Part shown: one piece after another, positions 62,786 to 64,000 of the stretch
Numbering within the stretch: position 1 is the first letter of the stretch
How the letters are laid out: each line of letters starts with the position of its first letter
Assembly (NCBI GenBank): GCA_964016885.1
Contig: OZ024742.1
Location: 361,894,001-361,958,000 of the forward strand
Direction: 5' to 3'
Source: Eledone cirrhosa
Lineage: Eukaryota
DNA: 64,000 bases
Notes under the pieces: generated by a model
What the model was told of the DNA's origin: nothing
Databases searched by the model: none
Seen by the model: the letters and a program-made list of their open reading frames with translations, nothing else
Position numbers and translations under genes: made by a program

Positions 62786-64000
62786 GTATATATCTATATT
62801 TAGACATCTCCCCCACTGTAACTCTGCTTAATATAATGTATATATCAATATTTAGACATCTCCACACTCTAACTCTGCCAAATATAAGGTATATATCAAT
62901 ATTTAGACAACTCCCCCACTAAGGCGGTGAATTGGCAGTATTGGTAGAGGCTAGGATATGCTTTCCAGCATAGTTACGTCCCTTTAGAATCTGAGTTCAA
63001 TTCCCGCCGAGGTTTACTTTGCCTTTTATCCTTACGGGGTCGATAAAATAAAGTACCAGTAATGTACTGGGATAATTGCTGGCCTTGTGCCAAAAGTAGA
63101 AACAATATTTAGACATCTCCCCCACTGTAGCTCTGCCAAATATAATGTATATATCAATATTTAGACAACTCCCCAATTGTAGCACTGCCTAATATTATGT
63201 ATATATCAATATTTAGACATCTCCCCCACTATAGCTCTGTCTAATACAATGTATATATCAAAATTTAGACATCTCCCACTGTAACTCTGCCTAATCTAAT
63301 GTATATATCAATATTTAGACATCTCCCCAATTGTAGCTCTGCCTAATATAATGTATATATCAGTATTTAGACATCTGCCCCACTGTAGCTCTGCCTAATC
63401 TAATATATATATATCTATATTTAGACTTTTCCCCCACTGTAACTCTGTCTAATCTAATGTATATATTAATATTCAGACATCTCCCCACTGTAACTCTGTC
63501 TAATACAATGTATATATCAATATTTAGACATCACCCCCACCGTAGCTCTGTCTAATATAATGTATATATCAATATTAAGACAACTCCCAAATCGTAGCAC
63601 TGCCTAATATAATATATATATCTATATTTAGACATCTCCCCCACTGTAGCTCTGCCTAATCTAACGTATATATATCGATATTTAGACATCTCCCCCACAG
63701 TAGCTCTGCCTAATATAATGTATATATCAATATTTAGACATCTCCCCCACTATAGCTCTGTCTAAGCTAATGTATATATATCTATATTTAGACATCTCCC
63801 CCACTGTAGCTCTGCCTAATCTAATGTATATATCAATATTTAGACATCTCCCCCACTATAGCTCTGCCTAATGTAATGTATATATCTATGTTTAGACATC
63901 TCCCACTGTAACTCTGCCTAATCTAATGTATATATCAATATTTAGACATCTCGCCCAGAGTAGCTCGGTCTAATCTAATGTATATATCAATATTCAGACA
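62786..64000 (+). repeat. Continuation of the 51/52-bp satellite with more divergent monomers; runs off the window
   Basis: Same consensus with many private substitutions. Interrupted by a SINE at 62921-63102. Confidence 0.97.
62921..63102 (+). mobile_element. tRNA-derived SINE, full length, with a 24-bp target-site duplication
   Basis: A box TGGCAGTATTGG 62933-62944, B box GTTCAATTCCC 62995-63005, same core as the other copies. caatatttagaca(a/t)ctcccccact lies at 62897-62920 and 63103-63126. Confidence 0.93.

Noticed and set aside
19721-64000. CRISPR-like appearance (palindromic repeat plus spacer)
   Set aside because: The spacers are near-identical rather than unique, there are no cas genes, and the context is eukaryotic.
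19721-64000. G-quadruplex from the G4-G5 runs on the minus strand of the satellite
   Set aside because: The runs are about 47 nt apart, too far for a typical intramolecular quadruplex.

Overview
This is eukaryotic, AT-rich, repeat-saturated DNA. I can support no host protein-coding gene. The SINE and RTE 3' sequences resemble what I recall of octopus repeats, so an octopod mollusc is my guess (inference only). In order along the window: (i) two divergently oriented Penelope-like element (PLE) 3' ends with GIY-YIG C-terminal remnants, an inverted terminal duplication and three well-formed type I hammerhead ribozymes with unusually long helix II (1-2540); (ii) a non-autonomous Helitron with a duplicated 5' end and a SINE fragment inside (2572-3859); (iii) a 5'-truncated, decayed Tx1/L1-group LINE bracketed by (GATA)n (4681-9341, minus); (iv) microsatellites and a 4.9 kb GT-rich 20-bp minisatellite (11255-16165); (v) tRNA-derived SINEs; (vi) a tail-out chimera of two different RTE LINE 3' ends joined by a 6-bp microhomology (18207-19606); (vii) a 51/52-bp satellite array running from 19721 to the window end (about 40 kb of satellite) with ordered variant monomers and a 12,565-bp-offset internal duplication, interrupted by an intact 3.6 kb RTE LINE (1039 aa APE-RT with an embedded PHD finger) and by a SINE with a 24-bp TSD. 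Best leads: a canonical-looking 37-nt GT-AG intron whose removal deletes the Tx1 ORF1 stop and fuses ORF1 in frame to ORF2; long-helix-II hammerheads in the PLE ends; and a PHD-finger RTE with a stop-start coupled upstream ORF sitting inside the satellite. All alignments, counts and folds were done by eye.
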